Shown: positions 38,848 through 50,880 of the stretch, piece after piece
Layout: the number at the start of each line of letters is the position of its first letter
Position numbering within the stretch: position 1 is the stretch's first letter
Assembly (NCBI GenBank): GCA_963707505.1
Contig: CAVPQB010000006.1
Coordinates: 756,581 to 820,580, forward strand
Origin: an uncultured Gemmatimonadales bacterium
GTDB taxonomy: Bacteria; Gemmatimonadota; Gemmatimonadetes; Gemmatimonadales; Gemmatimonadaceae
Direction: 5' to 3'
DNA length: 64,000 nucleotides
Notes under the pieces: generated by a model
The model's input: only the letters and a program-made list of their open reading frames with translations
Told to the model about the DNA's origin: nothing
The model's database searches: none
Made by a program: the position numbers and the translations under genes

Positions 38848-40932
38848 TCATTGCGGCTGTACTTCCAGAAGTAGATTCTTGTCGAACTCAACTGGCAGAT
38901 GCGCATCGTGTCCTGACACCGTCCCCAGGGTTTTTCCGGTGACATAATCGACGACACTGTAGTTGCGGTCTTCAAGTCCTCGCAGGTCGACTTGCCCCTT
39001 CCACTGCTTTGCAAAAAAGGCGTAGTACATGGACTTGTCCTTGCGGATTACATGCGTCTCCGGGACATCGAAGCCGATGTCATAGAGCTGCCCGAGGTAT
39101 TGTCCTTTGGACAGCATCTTGTCGCGATAGATGCGAAGCCATTTTTCGAATTCCTTCTCCCGCTCCGGAGTCAGATCGGACTTGCTGTGCTTTGTAACCA
39201 GAGAAGGAAGAACGAACTGCGGTCCCTACCACGCCTCCCACGCCCAGAGTGGAGGCGAAGTCGTTGGCGCCATCGCTTAATTCGACGTGGTCGCCGAAGA
39301 ATGGAACGTTATCTCCCATCAGGGCCTTCAGGGTTTTTGCCTTGGAACGAACTTGAAAGGAACTTCTCGGGTCGGAAGCCACCGACATATTGAAGTGCGG
39401 CATGGTGAAAAAGGAGAACGCCGGTGCCGCAGGGGCAGAACTCCACCAGTGTTCCAGGTTTCACCGACTGCGCGGTTTCGTAAATTGCGCGGAAGAAATC
39501 CGGCAGAGCTTCGACTGATTCCTCCGGCCGCGCGTGATGGTGAGCCGGGTTGTAGCAGGCTGGAACTCCGTTCATGTGCTGGCCATCGAGCTTCAGCCCG
39601 TCAAATCCCCAATCCACAAGAATTTTTCGCACCAATGCTCTTGTGGTACTCCACCACGCGCGATTCGCCGGGCACAAGTAATAGGAATCCCACCAGGAAA
39701 CTTTTCTTTGAGAGCCATCACGGTTCAGCAACTCGTAGTCGGGATGATCGCGAAGCAGTTCCGAGTCTGGCACAGCGCTGAGCGGCGACCACCAGAGCTG
39801 AGCCTTGAATCCTTCCTGGTGAATGCGATCCACCAGGGCCTTCATGTCGGCGTCTCCGTGGGGAAATTTCTTGGAGATCAAGTTGCCAATCGCCCACATT
39901 GTTCTGCCAGCCGTCGTCGAGCGTAACCCACGCAAATCCCAGTCGCTTCGCCGTCGGCAGCGAGTCATAGACCTGCTGCGGCTGAACGTTTCGCCCATAA
40001 CCCCACGCGCACCAAATGGCGCCGAACGCGTCATCGGGAGCGGTGGCCATTTGGAAGCCTTGCTTCATCATGAAGCGACGATAGTCGGCCAGCGCGCGGA
40101 AGTAGTCTCCTTGATGCACGGCGACGAAAGTGCGAAACGTATGGAAAGCCTCACGAGGACTGAGTGAAATATCCTTGGTGAACCTTATCGCGATTTTGGC
40201 GTGCGCAGCATCGGGCATGGATACGGGAAGGGAAACCAGCTTCGGTCGTGTCTCGACGTGGCCCACGGCCATTCCAACGTCACGCCGCCAGACATCGACA
40301 ATCGGTGTGCCGCCGCCATAGTCGCTGGCGTTCATGCCTTGATAATTTTCTTGCTGAAAACCAGTGTGCAGCGGCAGGATCCAGTTGGGACGTTTCTCGT
40401 AGGAGCCACTCTGGTAAGACCAAAAAGCTGGCAGACGCGCACCGCGTTGTGTGTTGACCGTATACGCGTTGTTAGTCCAACTCTTGATGGCCAGTTTGGA
40501 TTTTCCGGCATTCGTGTACTGGACATCAAAGAATGCCATTGCCGGAAAATCGTCGTATACCGTGACGGTGACCGTTTTTTTCAGTTCCCCTGCCTGCCCT
40601 TCAACGGTCAGCCGCTCGCCCTCACCAAAAGCGTCCTTGGTGCGCTCGTGTTTTTGCGAGGTCAAAAGGAATTCGGCTCTGAGTTTGTCGGCGGTGGTTA
40701 CGGTCTCAGTGGCAGTGAACGGGCCTAATATCGTCTCAGTCTTGTCAAAACGGGCAACTACCCGGCTGCGCAAGTGGTCGTCAAATTCGATGCGAAGGTT
40801 GCCGCCCTGAATTTGAGGTCTTCCCGTGGGGACGTCTCCTGCCGCTGCGAGCGAACAAGATGTAAACACGGTCGCCACCACAACCCAACATCCGATCGTA
40901 ACCATGGCTCGCAGCTTTCGAACTGCATGCAT
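38848..40932 (-). CDS. Alpha-galactosidase-like glycoside hydrolase (GH36/27), frameshifted
   Basis: WCAWGY, TLDDGWQ, GFDGLKLDG, VEFCPCG spread over several frames. Confidence 0.82.
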
Positions 40933-41206
40933 AGAACATCTCTCTTTACCGGCGTGGTAACGTGAAAGGGTATCGAACGAAATTTAACGTAAGCATTCGT
41001 AATACAAGGAAAGGGTCCCAAAAGTCAAATGATTTTGGCCTGGCCCTCAGGCGGCGAAATCGGTTCGCTCGTGCCTGCCGCGCACTCTCAGAGCGAAAAA
41101 CATTTCGATTGTGTTTGCTCGCAAAAGTATGGATTGGGCGAAGGCGTTGTCCGCAGCAGTTGCCGGTTCGCGCATATTCATCGTCGCGGAAGGCAGGATG
41201 GACTTT

Positions 41207-42760
41207 TTAGTTAACGTCCGGCAGGCTCCAGGCAAACAGCACTCCGCCACCGCTCGTCAGAACGTATTGTCGGTGATCCAGTTCATAGGTGATCGGAGAA
41301 GTTGCAATCTGGCCGCCGGTGCCGGCGTGCCACAGAGTCTTGCCATCGCTGGTATCGAGGGCAAGAGCATTGCCGCTGGAGTCGCCGGTGAATGTCAGGC
41401 CGGAATCCGTCGTCAGCACGCCGGCAGATGCGCCTTCGCCGATGTCGTGGCTCCAGCGAATTTTTCCTGTCTGGTAGTCGATGGCTTTGAGGATGCCTTT
41501 GCCCCAGAGGCCGTAGTCCGCGCCAGCCCAGCCGTAGGCGCCATCGGCGGGCTTGGCAAAATAGAGCGAATAGCTGTCGCGCGCGGAAACGATAAACAGT
41601 CCGTTCTTCGGATCGAAACTTGGAGAGCGGAAGTTAGTCATGCCGCCTTCATCGGGCGCGATCAGGCGTCCGTCGGGCGCGGGTTCTTTGTCCGGATTCG
41701 GAATCGGACGGCCCTCTTTGTCAACGCCGAGCGTCCAGTTCACCGGTCCGAACGGAACTGTCAGCAGGCTCTTGCCGTTGGTGCGATCGAGCACGAAGAA
41801 GTAGCCGTTGCGCGAGGCCTGCATCAGCAACTTGCGCGGCTCTCCGTGGAAGTCCGCATCGACCATCACCGGGACTTCGATCGCATCCCAATCGTGAGTG
41901 TCATGCGGCGAAGGCTGGAAGGCCCAGACAAGTTTTCCCGTATCGGGGTTCAGAGCTGCGATCGTGCACGTATAGAGGTCGTCCCCGGGCCGCGTCTTGC
42001 CATTCAACACCGGCGTCGGATTGCCTGTGCCGGTATAGAGCAGATTCAGATCGGGATCGTACGTGCCGGTCAACCAGATGGTGCCACCAGTGGTCGCATT
42101 CGGTGTGCCGGCCGGAGGAGTCGTGTTCCATTGCCATTGAACCTTGCCGGTCTCCGGATCGATAGGAGCGCAGGTATGCGCCGATGTTGTCCAAATCGCC
42201 GCCCACACCCAGAATGATGTGATCGCGAACGACCAGCGGCGCCATCGTGGTCCAATATCCTTTTTTGATATCGCCGACTTCCACATCCCAACGGACTTTG
42301 CCATTCTTTGCTTCCAAGAGAAATCAAGTGTGCATCGGGAGTGGAGAAGTAGAGCCACTGTTTGTACATGGCGACACCGCGATGTCCAAGATGCATTCCC
42401 TCGTTTTGTTTGTAGGTGTAGCGCCAGATCTGGCGGCCGGTGCGGGCATCGACAGCCCAAACGTTGTCGGGCACGGTGAAATACAACACTCCGTCGACCA
42501 GCAGTGGGGAAGACTTGATGAGCGCGTCCTGGTTGGTTTGAAACGCCCACGCCAGAGCGAGGGAGGAAACATTCTGGGGAGTGATCTGAGTGAGGCGGAC
42601 TGTGCCGCCGGCCGGAATAGTCGCCGTGATAGCTCGGCCATGAATCAGCCGGCGGGTTTGCGATGATGGCGGGATCGAGGCCTTGGGAGCGGAGCCGGAC
42701 CGGGAAAAACAACAACAGGGCGGCGGCACACAATATCTTGTTCGTTGAAAGAGATTTCAT
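41207..42760 (-). CDS. PQQ-binding-like beta-propeller quinoprotein (acidobacterial type), frameshifted
   Basis: WPSYHGDYSGRRHS, SSPLLVDG, WLTGTYDPDLNLLY.GTGNP, HDTHDWD, SRNGYFFVLDR, PITYELD.RQYV. Confidence 0.85.
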   Translation of the reverse strand: MKSLSTNKILCAAALLLFFPVRLRSQGLDPAIIANPPADSWPSYHGDYSGRRHSPPHSDHSPECFLPRSGVGVSNQPGRAHQVFPTAGRRSVVFHRARQRLGCRCPHRPPDLALHLQTKRGNASWTSRCRHVQTVALLLHSRCTLDFSWKQRMAKSVGMWKSAISKKDIGPRWRRWSFAITSFWVWAAIWTTSAHTCAPIDPETGKVQWQWNTTPPAGTPNATTGGTIWLTGTYDPDLNLLYTGTGNPTPVLNGKTRPGDDLYTCTIAALNPDTGKLVWAFQPSPHDTHDWDAIEVPVMVDADFHGEPRKLLMQASRNGYFFVLDRTNGKSLLTVPFGPVNWTLGVDKEGRPIPNPDKEPAPDGRLIAPDEGGMTNFRSPSFDPKNGLFIVSARDSYSLYFAKPADGAYGWAGADYGLWGKGILKAIDYQTGKIRWSHDIGEGASAGVLTTDSGLTFTGDSSGNALALDTSDGKTLWHAGTGGQIATSPITYELDHRQYVLTSGGGVLFAWSLPDVN

Positions 42761-42765
42761 AATTC

Positions 42766-43554
42766 CTATCGCAGCGTTTGCAGGTAGGCCATCAGGTTAT
42801 GAATATCGTCGTCGGTGTATTTCTCGAATTGCTCGATATGAGCGTCCGAGGGTGAGTCGATTTTGTAATCGACCGCGCGGATCGGCCAGGATCTGGACCA
42901 TCCTTCGGGATCAGTCATTGAAATGTGGAACTCATCTTTATAAGTGAGTGTGCCCGTGAAAGTCTCGCCGGACTTGGTCGTGACCGTCAGCTTTGCCTTC
43001 GCGTTCTGGGGATAGAGCATTTGCATCTCGAGCTCCAGACCCTCGCGCCGCGTTGCAATGCCCGCCAGATCGCCGGTAGGAGAATGACAAGAAGAGCATT
43101 TCCCCGGACCATTGAAATAAGCCTTGCCTTGTTCGACGTTTCCAGTTTGCAGATCGGCAACGTCAACGCCGCGGCGGCCCCCCGGCTTGGAATTCAATTG
43201 CCGGGCTTGGTCGCGAATGAAGGCAATAAGATCGTTGACCTGAGGGATGGTGAGTCCGGGAAATGGCGGCATGCCTTTTTCGACACGTCCATCGTGCACC
43301 ACTGCGCGAATTCGGTCTCCCCTGATGTCGCGCACCACCAGACGGGAACGCGTTAGGTCCGGGCCTGATTCGCCGCCCGCGGCATCGCGCCCGTGACAGA
43401 AAGAACAGTTGCGCACAAAAAGCAGCCTGCCGCGGGCCGGCGCAGATGTCGATGTGGGTTTGGCCGCCTGTGCTGACGCTGCGGAAAGTCCTCCGAGCAG
43501 CAACGCAGAAATTAGTAACCTCGTTCCAAGACTGAACCTGCGTAAGTCGACCAT
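42766..43554 (-). CDS. Diheme c-type cytochrome
   Basis: CSFCH and CSSCH motifs; signal peptide. Confidence 0.88.
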   Translation of the reverse strand: MVDLRRFSLGTRLLISALLLGGLSAASAQAAKPTSTSAPARGRLLFVRNCSFCHGRDAAGGESGPDLTRSRLVVRDIRGDRIRAVVHDGRVEKGMPPFPGLTIPQVNDLIAFIRDQARQLNSKPGGRRGVDVADLQTGNVEQGKAYFNGPGKCSSCHSPTGDLAGIATRREGLELEMQMLYPQNAKAKLTVTTKSGETFTGTLTYKDEFHISMTDPEGWSRSWPIRAVDYKIDSPSDAHIEQFEKYTDDDIHNLMAYLQTLR

Positions 43555-43869
43555 CGATGAAATCCGCCGGGCAGGAATGCCCATTTTCGAGTGCCACGGT
43601 GAAGCTGGCAGTCCATGGTAGCAAAGAGTGCAGAAAGAAGGATGTTGGGAACCCTTCGTCGCATGGGTGGACCGCCATTGCTTACCGATTCTCGCCAGGT
43701 GACAAGTGGGAACTGCAAAAAGCGGAATTCAGCAGTCAAGGATTCGGTTGGCCACGCCGGAGAAGCATTTTGAGATCCTTCCCTGACAGCCCGAATTTAG
43801 AAGACCCGGCCCTCAAGCTATGGCGCTCGACCCAGTTCACCAGCAATCGTCATTTCGACAAGTCCGCAA

Positions 43870-46405
43870 TTGCTACAATGGCCGCCAAAGCGCTGGCGGA
43901 CCGCGGTCGAGAACTTCATCCAACGGGGTGCATCATTGGGCACAACTGTGCAGGATCTGTGGTTTGCGTGGCGCGCGTTCCGTAAGAACCCCGGGTTTGG
44001 AATAGCCGCGATCTTGTCCATCACGATCGGCGTTGGAATCAACGTCGCGATTTTCAGCGCTATTAACGCCCTGCTCCTGAAACCCCTGCCTTACCAGAAC
44101 CCAGAGAGACTCGTGATTCTGTGGAACCGCTCTCCCGGGCTCAACATCACCGAAGATTGGTTTTCAACCGCGCAATATTTCGACATCAAGAACGGACACC
44201 ACGGTTTCGAACAGCTCGCAATTGCCATCGGTGGAAACGAGAATCTTACCGGCGAAGGCAATCCGGAGCGCGTCGGGACCATACACATTTCGTCGAACCT
44301 GCTGACGATGATTGGCGCCCACGCCGCGCTGGGTCGGTTGTTTGTGCCGGAGGAAGATTCTACCGGGCCATCCCGCGACGGCCTTGTTGAGCTATGGAAC
44401 GTGGGCACGACGTTACGGTTCTGACCCTCGGATGCTGGGCAAGGTGATTGTCCTCGACGGAAAACCTTATGAAGTTGTGGGAGTGCTGCCGGAGGACTTT
44501 TCTCTTCCTCGTGAAGTGCTCCCTACCCTGGGCGGTGCAGAGCAGGCGGAGATCCTCGTTCCCTTAGCCCTCGGGCCGGAAGCGGCGAGCAACCGGGATC
44601 ACGAGGACTACAACATCATCGGAAAACTTAAGCGCGGCGTTTCCCTCGATCAGGCCACGGCTGAAATGGCCACGATCACTGCACGCTTGCGGCAGGATCA
44701 TCCAGACCTCTACCCGCCCAACGGTGGACTGACGTTCGGGATTGTGCCTTTGCTGGAGCAGGTCATTGGAGACACGCGACGTCCCTTGCTCGTGCTGTTC
44801 GGCGCGGCAGGACTTGTGTTGTTGATCGCCTGCGCGAACGTCGCCAACCTCTTGCTGTCGCGAGCCGTTGCAAGACAGCAGGAAATCACGTTGCGATCAG
44901 TGTTGGGTGCGGGCCGCAGACGCATCGTGCGGCAGTTATTGACGGAAAGCACGGCACTGGCGGTCTGTGGGGGAATCGTTGGAGCGGCTTTTGCGACCCT
45001 GTCCATGGCCGCAATTCGATGGTTGAGGCCGGCAAATGTTCCGCGCGTGGCAGAAATCCAGATCGATTGGCACGTATTGCTGTTCGCTTTTCTGCTCGCT
45101 CTGCTTTCAGGATTAGCTTTTGGATTGGTGCCCGCTCTGCGGGTCTCTCATGTCAACCTGAACGAAACCCTGAAAAGCTCCGGCCGGGGCGCCTCCGATA
45201 CCGGCGCGTTATGGGGTCGCGGACTCGGGATGCGCAAGCTATTGATTGTTTCCGAGATCGCCTTGTCTCTGGTCTTGCTGGTCGGCGCCGGACTGATGCT
45301 TCGCAGCTTCGCCTCGCTGCAAACTGTTTCTCCAGGGTTCAATGCGGATCACGTTTTAACCCTTGGTCTGACCATGACGGGCAAGCGGTACAAAGACCAC
45401 CAACAAGTTCTGGATACGTATCACCAACTTTGGGAGCGTCTCGATCACCTTCCCGGAGTCACCGCTTCCGGCGGAATCTCTTCGCTGCCGCTCAGCCAGA
45501 TGTACGCGTGGGGACCCATCACCGTCGAAGGGCAAGTCTTGCCGCCCGGAGAGAACTTCATCAATGCAGACTGGCGCATGGTGGGTGGTCGATATTTCGA
45601 GGCGATGCAGATTCCACTGGTGCGCGGCCGATTTTTCACAGAGCAGGACATCGAAACCAAACCGAAGGTGGTCCTCATCGACGAGTACATGGCCGCGCAA
45701 CTGTGGCTTCATCAAGACCCGATCGGGAAACGTATTCGTTTGGGGAGCCTCACTTCCAACGGACCTATCGTGACGGTGGTGGGGATCGTGGGTCGCGTCA
45801 AACAGTACACGCTCGATACCGATTCACGAATCGCGCTCTATTTGCCTCAACCGCAATATCCGGTTAGGGAAATGAATGTCGTGTTGCGCAGTTCAACCGA
45901 TCCCGCCGTCGAGAGCGCTTCCGTGAGCGCAGTCATCCACAATCTGGATCCCGATCTTCCCGTGTACTCAGTGCGAACTATGCAGGCGCGAGTTGCCGAA
46001 TCGCTTGCGCGACGCCGCTTTTCGATGATGATTCTCGTTTTGTTTGGCGCGATTTCGCTCATACTCGCTGGGCTGGGAACATATGCCGTAATGGCTTACC
46101 TCGTAAACCAGGGCGCACCCGAAATTGGTATACGGGCGGCTTTAGGCGCATCTCGCCTCGATATTCTCGGAATGATCGTGAAGCGAGGCATGAAGGTCAC
46201 TCTGATAGGAGTCTGCATCGGCTTGGTGGGCGCGCTCCTGTTGACCGGCTTGATTCGAGGTTTGCTGTTTGGCGTTTTACCAACGGACCCGGCGACTTAC
46301 ATTGTCGTTTCGTTGTTCTTGATCACGGTATCGTTCCTGGCGACTTACATTCCTGCCCGCCGCGCGTCGCGGGTCGATCCGGTGACGTGCCTTCGCAACG
46401 AATAG
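43870..46405 (+). CDS. ADOP/MacB-like ABC transporter permease, one frameshift near 44365; start uncertain
   Basis: QDLWFAWRAFRKNPGF, LLIACANVANLLL, EIGIRAALGA, PARRASRVDP..LRNE. Confidence 0.9.
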
Positions 46406-46415
46406 CTCGTAAAAA

Positions 46416-48479
46416 TCACCAGACCCGGCATGCGTTCACTCGCGCCATGGGTTGACCCGCCTTGCATCCAAACGCTTTGCTGAATTCCTCGAAATTGCTG
46501 ACCGAACCGTTGACCCGAAACTCAGCCGGAGAATGGGGATTGGTCTGGACTTGGAGCCGTAGGGCTTCTGGCGTAGCGTTCATGCACCAAATCTGGCCAA
46601 ATCCGAGGAAGAATCTTTGCTCGGGAGTGAAGCCGTCAATAGGTTTCTGCGAATCGGGAGAATCTTTGGCGAGCCTATCCATCAGCGCCATGTACGCGAT
46701 GCGCAATCCGCCGTTGTCAGCGGTATTCTCCCCGAGCGTGAGTTTGCCGTTCACGTGTTCACCGCCGGTGACTGCGAAGTCGTTGTACTCCTGCACTTCG
46801 CAATCGGTGCGCTCTTTGAAGGCCTTTCCGTCTTCGGGCGTCCACCAGTCGCGCAGATTCCCCTCCGCGTCATACTGCCTGCCCTGGTCGTCAAAACCGT
46901 GTGTGAGTTCGTGACCGATCACCACACCGATGGCGCCGAAATTCACGGCATCATCCATCTGCTGCTCGAAGAACGGTGGCTGCAGGATCCCGGCCATAAA
47001 GTTAATGTTGTTTTGCGGCGGATAGTAGTAGGCGTTCACGGTCGGCGGAGTGTAGAACCACTCCCCTGCATCCACGGGCTTGCCGATTTTGTCGAGTTGC
47101 CGCTTGGATTCGAATTCGTTGCTGCGGAACGAATTTCCCAATGCATCTCCGCGGATGATCGGAAGAGAACTGTAGTCCCGCCATTTCTCGGGATAACCAA
47201 TCTTGTTCGTGATCTTGTGAAGCTTGATGAGCGCCTGCTGTTTCGTCTTTTCCGTCATCCAGGGTAGGTCGGCGATATCGCGCTCCAACGACCATTCCAG
47301 AGCATTGACCAGTTGAAGGGTCCGCTCCTTGCCCTCGCTGCCGAAGCTGCGTTCCACGAACGCTTGCCCTAGCGCTTCACCGAGATCGTTGTCGGTCGAC
47401 GTGACGCACCGTCGCCATCGTGCCTGTTGCTCCTTCTGTCCAGCCAGAACTTGACCGTAGAAATGGAAGACTTCCTGATCAATCTTGCTCGGGAGAAACA
47501 ACGCAGGCGTATTCATTGCTCGCCACCGCAGATAAACCTTGATGTCGTCGAAGTTCGTGGATGTGAGCAGAGTTTGAAATTGGCGTATGTATTCAGGCTG
47601 TGAAACGTTCAAGCTCGAGATGCGGGAGATCCCCATCTCCGCGGTGAACTTGCTCCAATCAAAGGCAGGGTTCATCGCCTGAAGGTCGTGAATACTCATC
47701 TTGTGGTACACGTTGTTGGGGTCGCGCCGCGCCACATTATCCAGAGAGCCTTTCGCGAGCGCAGTCTCAATCCGCATGGCGACTTGCGAGTGTGCGGCGG
47801 CATCCTCCGGTTTCTCTCCGAAAAGCTCCAACATGTTTTGCATGTGCTGGACGTACTGTTTGCGCGTTTCGATCGACTTGGCATCGTCTCTGAAATAGAA
47901 ATCGCGGTCCGGAAGTCCAAAACCGCCTTGTCCGACAATCGCGATCTGTTGGGTGGAATCCTTTGCATCCTGCTGGACTCCAAATCCGAAAAATGCATTG
48001 GTGCCATTCAGCGAATAGTGAGCTAGAAGAGAAGGCAGCGCATCTTTTCCCTTGAGCGCGTCGATCCTTGCCAGTTCCGGCCGGAGAGCGTCCGCACCCT
48101 TTTTCTCGATGGTGTCCTGGTCCATGCAAGACGCGTAGTAGTCGCCGATCTTCTGCTCGTTCGCGTTTCGGCTTTGGCTCGGAGCGGAAACTTTCTCCAA
48201 AATATCTTCCAGGACGGCGCGGTTTCGGTCCGCGAGTTCGGTCGAGCGACCGAAGACTGCTTTGTCCGACGGCACCGGATTGTCCTTTAGCCACGTTCCG
48301 CACGAATAGTGGTAGAAGTCCACGCAAGGATCGATGGTCCGATCCACGGCATTGACGTCGAAGCCATCCCTCAACTTCGGCGCCGAATCACTCTTTTGTT
48401 GCGAAGCAGCCCGACTGTCGCAAATTCCCATGGCGAAGACGATCATCGCCGCGGATACCACAGGTCTTGAGAAACGCAT
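46416..48479 (-). CDS. M13 family metallopeptidase
   Basis: DPCVDFY..CG.W, VNAYY, GHELTHGFDD, GENTADNGG, HSP, CRVW. Confidence 0.95.
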   Translation of the reverse strand: MRFSRPVVSAAMIVFAMGICDSRAASQQKSDSAPKLRDGFDVNAVDRTIDPCVDFYHYSCGTWLKDNPVPSDKAVFGRSTELADRNRAVLEDILEKVSAPSQSRNANEQKIGDYYASCMDQDTIEKKGADALRPELARIDALKGKDALPSLLAHYSLNGTNAFFGFGVQQDAKDSTQQIAIVGQGGFGLPDRDFYFRDDAKSIETRKQYVQHMQNMLELFGEKPEDAAAHSQVAMRIETALAKGSLDNVARRDPNNVYHKMSIHDLQAMNPAFDWSKFTAEMGISRISSLNVSQPEYIRQFQTLLTSTNFDDIKVYLRWRAMNTPALFLPSKIDQEVFHFYGQVLAGQKEQQARWRRCVTSTDNDLGEALGQAFVERSFGSEGKERTLQLVNALEWSLERDIADLPWMTEKTKQQALIKLHKITNKIGYPEKWRDYSSLPIIRGDALGNSFRSNEFESKRQLDKIGKPVDAGEWFYTPPTVNAYYYPPQNNINFMAGILQPPFFEQQMDDAVNFGAIGVVIGHELTHGFDDQGRQYDAEGNLRDWWTPEDGKAFKERTDCEVQEYNDFAVTGGEHVNGKLTLGENTADNGGLRIAYMALMDRLAKDSPDSQKPIDGFTPEQRFFLGFGQIWCMNATPEALRLQVQTNPHSPAEFRVNGSVSNFEEFSKAFGCKAGQPMARVNACRVW

Positions 48480-48541
48480 GGATAGAGCCCTTTCCGGTAA
48501 AATTTGGCAATTTGCTCAGTCGGGTTTGAAGTCCAATCGGA

Positions 48542-50643
48542 CTACCAAACCCGGCAAGCGTTGACTCGCGCTTCACGCTGTCCCTTGTGGCAACCAAACG
48601 CCGTGGCGAATTCCGGCATATTGGCCACCGTGTTGTTGACTCTGTACTTGGGATAGGAATGCGGATCTGATAATACGACGAGCCGAATTAGTTCGGGCCG
48701 ATACTCCGTGCACCAACCGAACGCGAACGCCATGAAAAAAGCGTTGACGAGGCGTCAGGCCATCGGCTTCCTTAACATCCATATCTCTTCCCTGTCTGGC
48801 CAGCGAATCCTGCAAGGCTTGATAAGCGATGTAGATTCCACCGTTGTCGGCAGTGTCTTCACCAAGAGTCATCGATCCATCTTGCTTGACTCCGGGGCCG
48901 GCCTCCGGAATCTGCTGTGTGTACTGTTCGGAAATGCATTTTCCGCGCGCATCGTATTCCTCCGCATCCTTCGCCTGCCACCAGTCCCGCAGATTGCCCT
49001 GGGCATCGAACTTGCGTCCTTGATCATCGAATCCGTGAATGATTTCGTGTCCGATCACCGCCCCTATGGCACCGTAGTTCACCGAGTCGTCCTGACTCAT
49101 GTCGAACTCGGGAGCCTGGAGAATGCCTGCCGGGAAGTTGATGGTGTTGGTTGGCGGATCCTCGTAGGCATTGATCGTAGGAGGAGTCATCGTCCATTCG
49201 GTGCGGTCGACGGCCGTCCCGATCTTCGCAACCCAGCGTTCGAATTCGAATGTGATTGTCTGCTGGCGATTCGCCAGATAGTTATCTCGTTCGATGTGTA
49301 CGCTCGAGTAGTCACGCCAGCGATCGGGATAGCCGATTTTGTTTAACGTCGCCTGCCTTTTTTCCTGGGCCTGCTTCTTGGTTTCCGGAGACATCCAGTC
49401 CAACGAGTCAATGTCCTTACCCAATGCAGTGCTGAGATCCTGTATCAATTTCAGAACTCGCTCTTTGTTTTCTGGGGGGAATGCGCGCGCGACGTATGCC
49501 TGTCCCAGGGCCTCGCCCAAATAGGCGTCGGTACTGTCGACGCATCGGCGCCATCGCGGTTGAAGTTCTTTGCCGCCGACGAGCGTACGTCCGAAGAAAT
49601 CAAAGCTCTCCTGGACGAATGCATCGCCCAGCGCGGGCGTTGCCCCAAACAGAACCTGCCAGCGGAGATAGACCTTCCATTGTTCGATGGAACGATGTTG
49701 CAACATGCCCTTCCAGCCCCTTGAAGAAGCCGACGGAACTAACGATGTAGTGCGGGCTCTGCGGCGCATTGACCAACTTGAGGTAACGGTCGAAGTCGAA
49801 GGACGGGGTTAGCGCCTTGACCTGCTCGAGCGACATTTTGTTGTTCAGGTTCTTCGGGTCGCGGCGCGCGATCGCGTCCATCGCGTTTCTGCGAAATCCG
49901 TCTCCATCGAGAGAACTACATCCGCATCTGCGGTGCCTGCCGGGCTTTTCGCCGATCAGGCGGAACATGTTAGCGAGATGCTTTCGATATTTCGCGCGAA
50001 TTTCCTTGGATTTTCGTCCTGATCGAGATAGTAACTGCGAGCTGGAAGAGCCATGCCTCCCTGGTCAAACTGCGCGACGTTGTGCGAGGCGTCGTCGTAG
50101 TCGGGCGAACCTGCAAAACCGAATACGGCGGCCGACGTTTCGTTATCTTTGGGCACCCAGGCTAGAGGAGCTGTTTGATGCAGATGAGCAATTTCGGCGG
50201 CGATGTCAGATTTTGTCTTGATCGCCGCAACGAGGTCCAATTCGGGCTTCAGCCATTGCAGGCTTCGAGAGTTGATCGTCTTGTCGTCCATGCAAGAATG
50301 GTAAAAATCGCCAATCTTCTGTTCGTCGGGTGTACGGCCACCGTCTTCCGCGGACAACTTTGCGAGCGTTTGTCCGAGAATGGCTTGATTCCAGATACTC
50401 AATGGGCCGGCCGTGCCCCACGCAACTTCGTCCGATGGGATCGGGATTCGCACTGGACCACTTGCCGCAGGAGTACTGGTAAAAATCGGTGCATGGATCG
50501 AGCGTTTTATCCGCGACGTCCGGACTGAAATGCGCGATCTTCGGCAAATCGGTGGGAGGACCCTGAGGGGCCGAAGCCGCGGATTGCGCGGATGCGATGG
50601 ATGCACAATAAATCGCGACTGCAAAGACAGTGAGATTTCGCAA
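48542..50643 (-). CDS. M13 family metallopeptidase, frameshifted
   Basis: DPCTDFY, INAYE, GHEIIHGFDD, GEDTADNGG, CRVW across several frames. Confidence 0.88.
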
Positions 50644-50880
50644 CGTTTCACCTCGTTTAAGTTGCTCGTGCGTTTCACGCTACGGGTTCAGGTAGCTGTG
50701 GCATTAAGCGGATCATCGGGCGGTCAGATTGCGCGCGTCCAACTCAACCGTTCGCATCCCGCTTTTCAAATGGCACGCTGACCGGTCTGGGAAGATTGAC
50801 GTAGAAGGGTCACGATTGCCGCTCGGCTGGGACAAACCGCCGAGGGAGAGGGAGGTGATGCAGCAATCGTGGGCTGGAAT

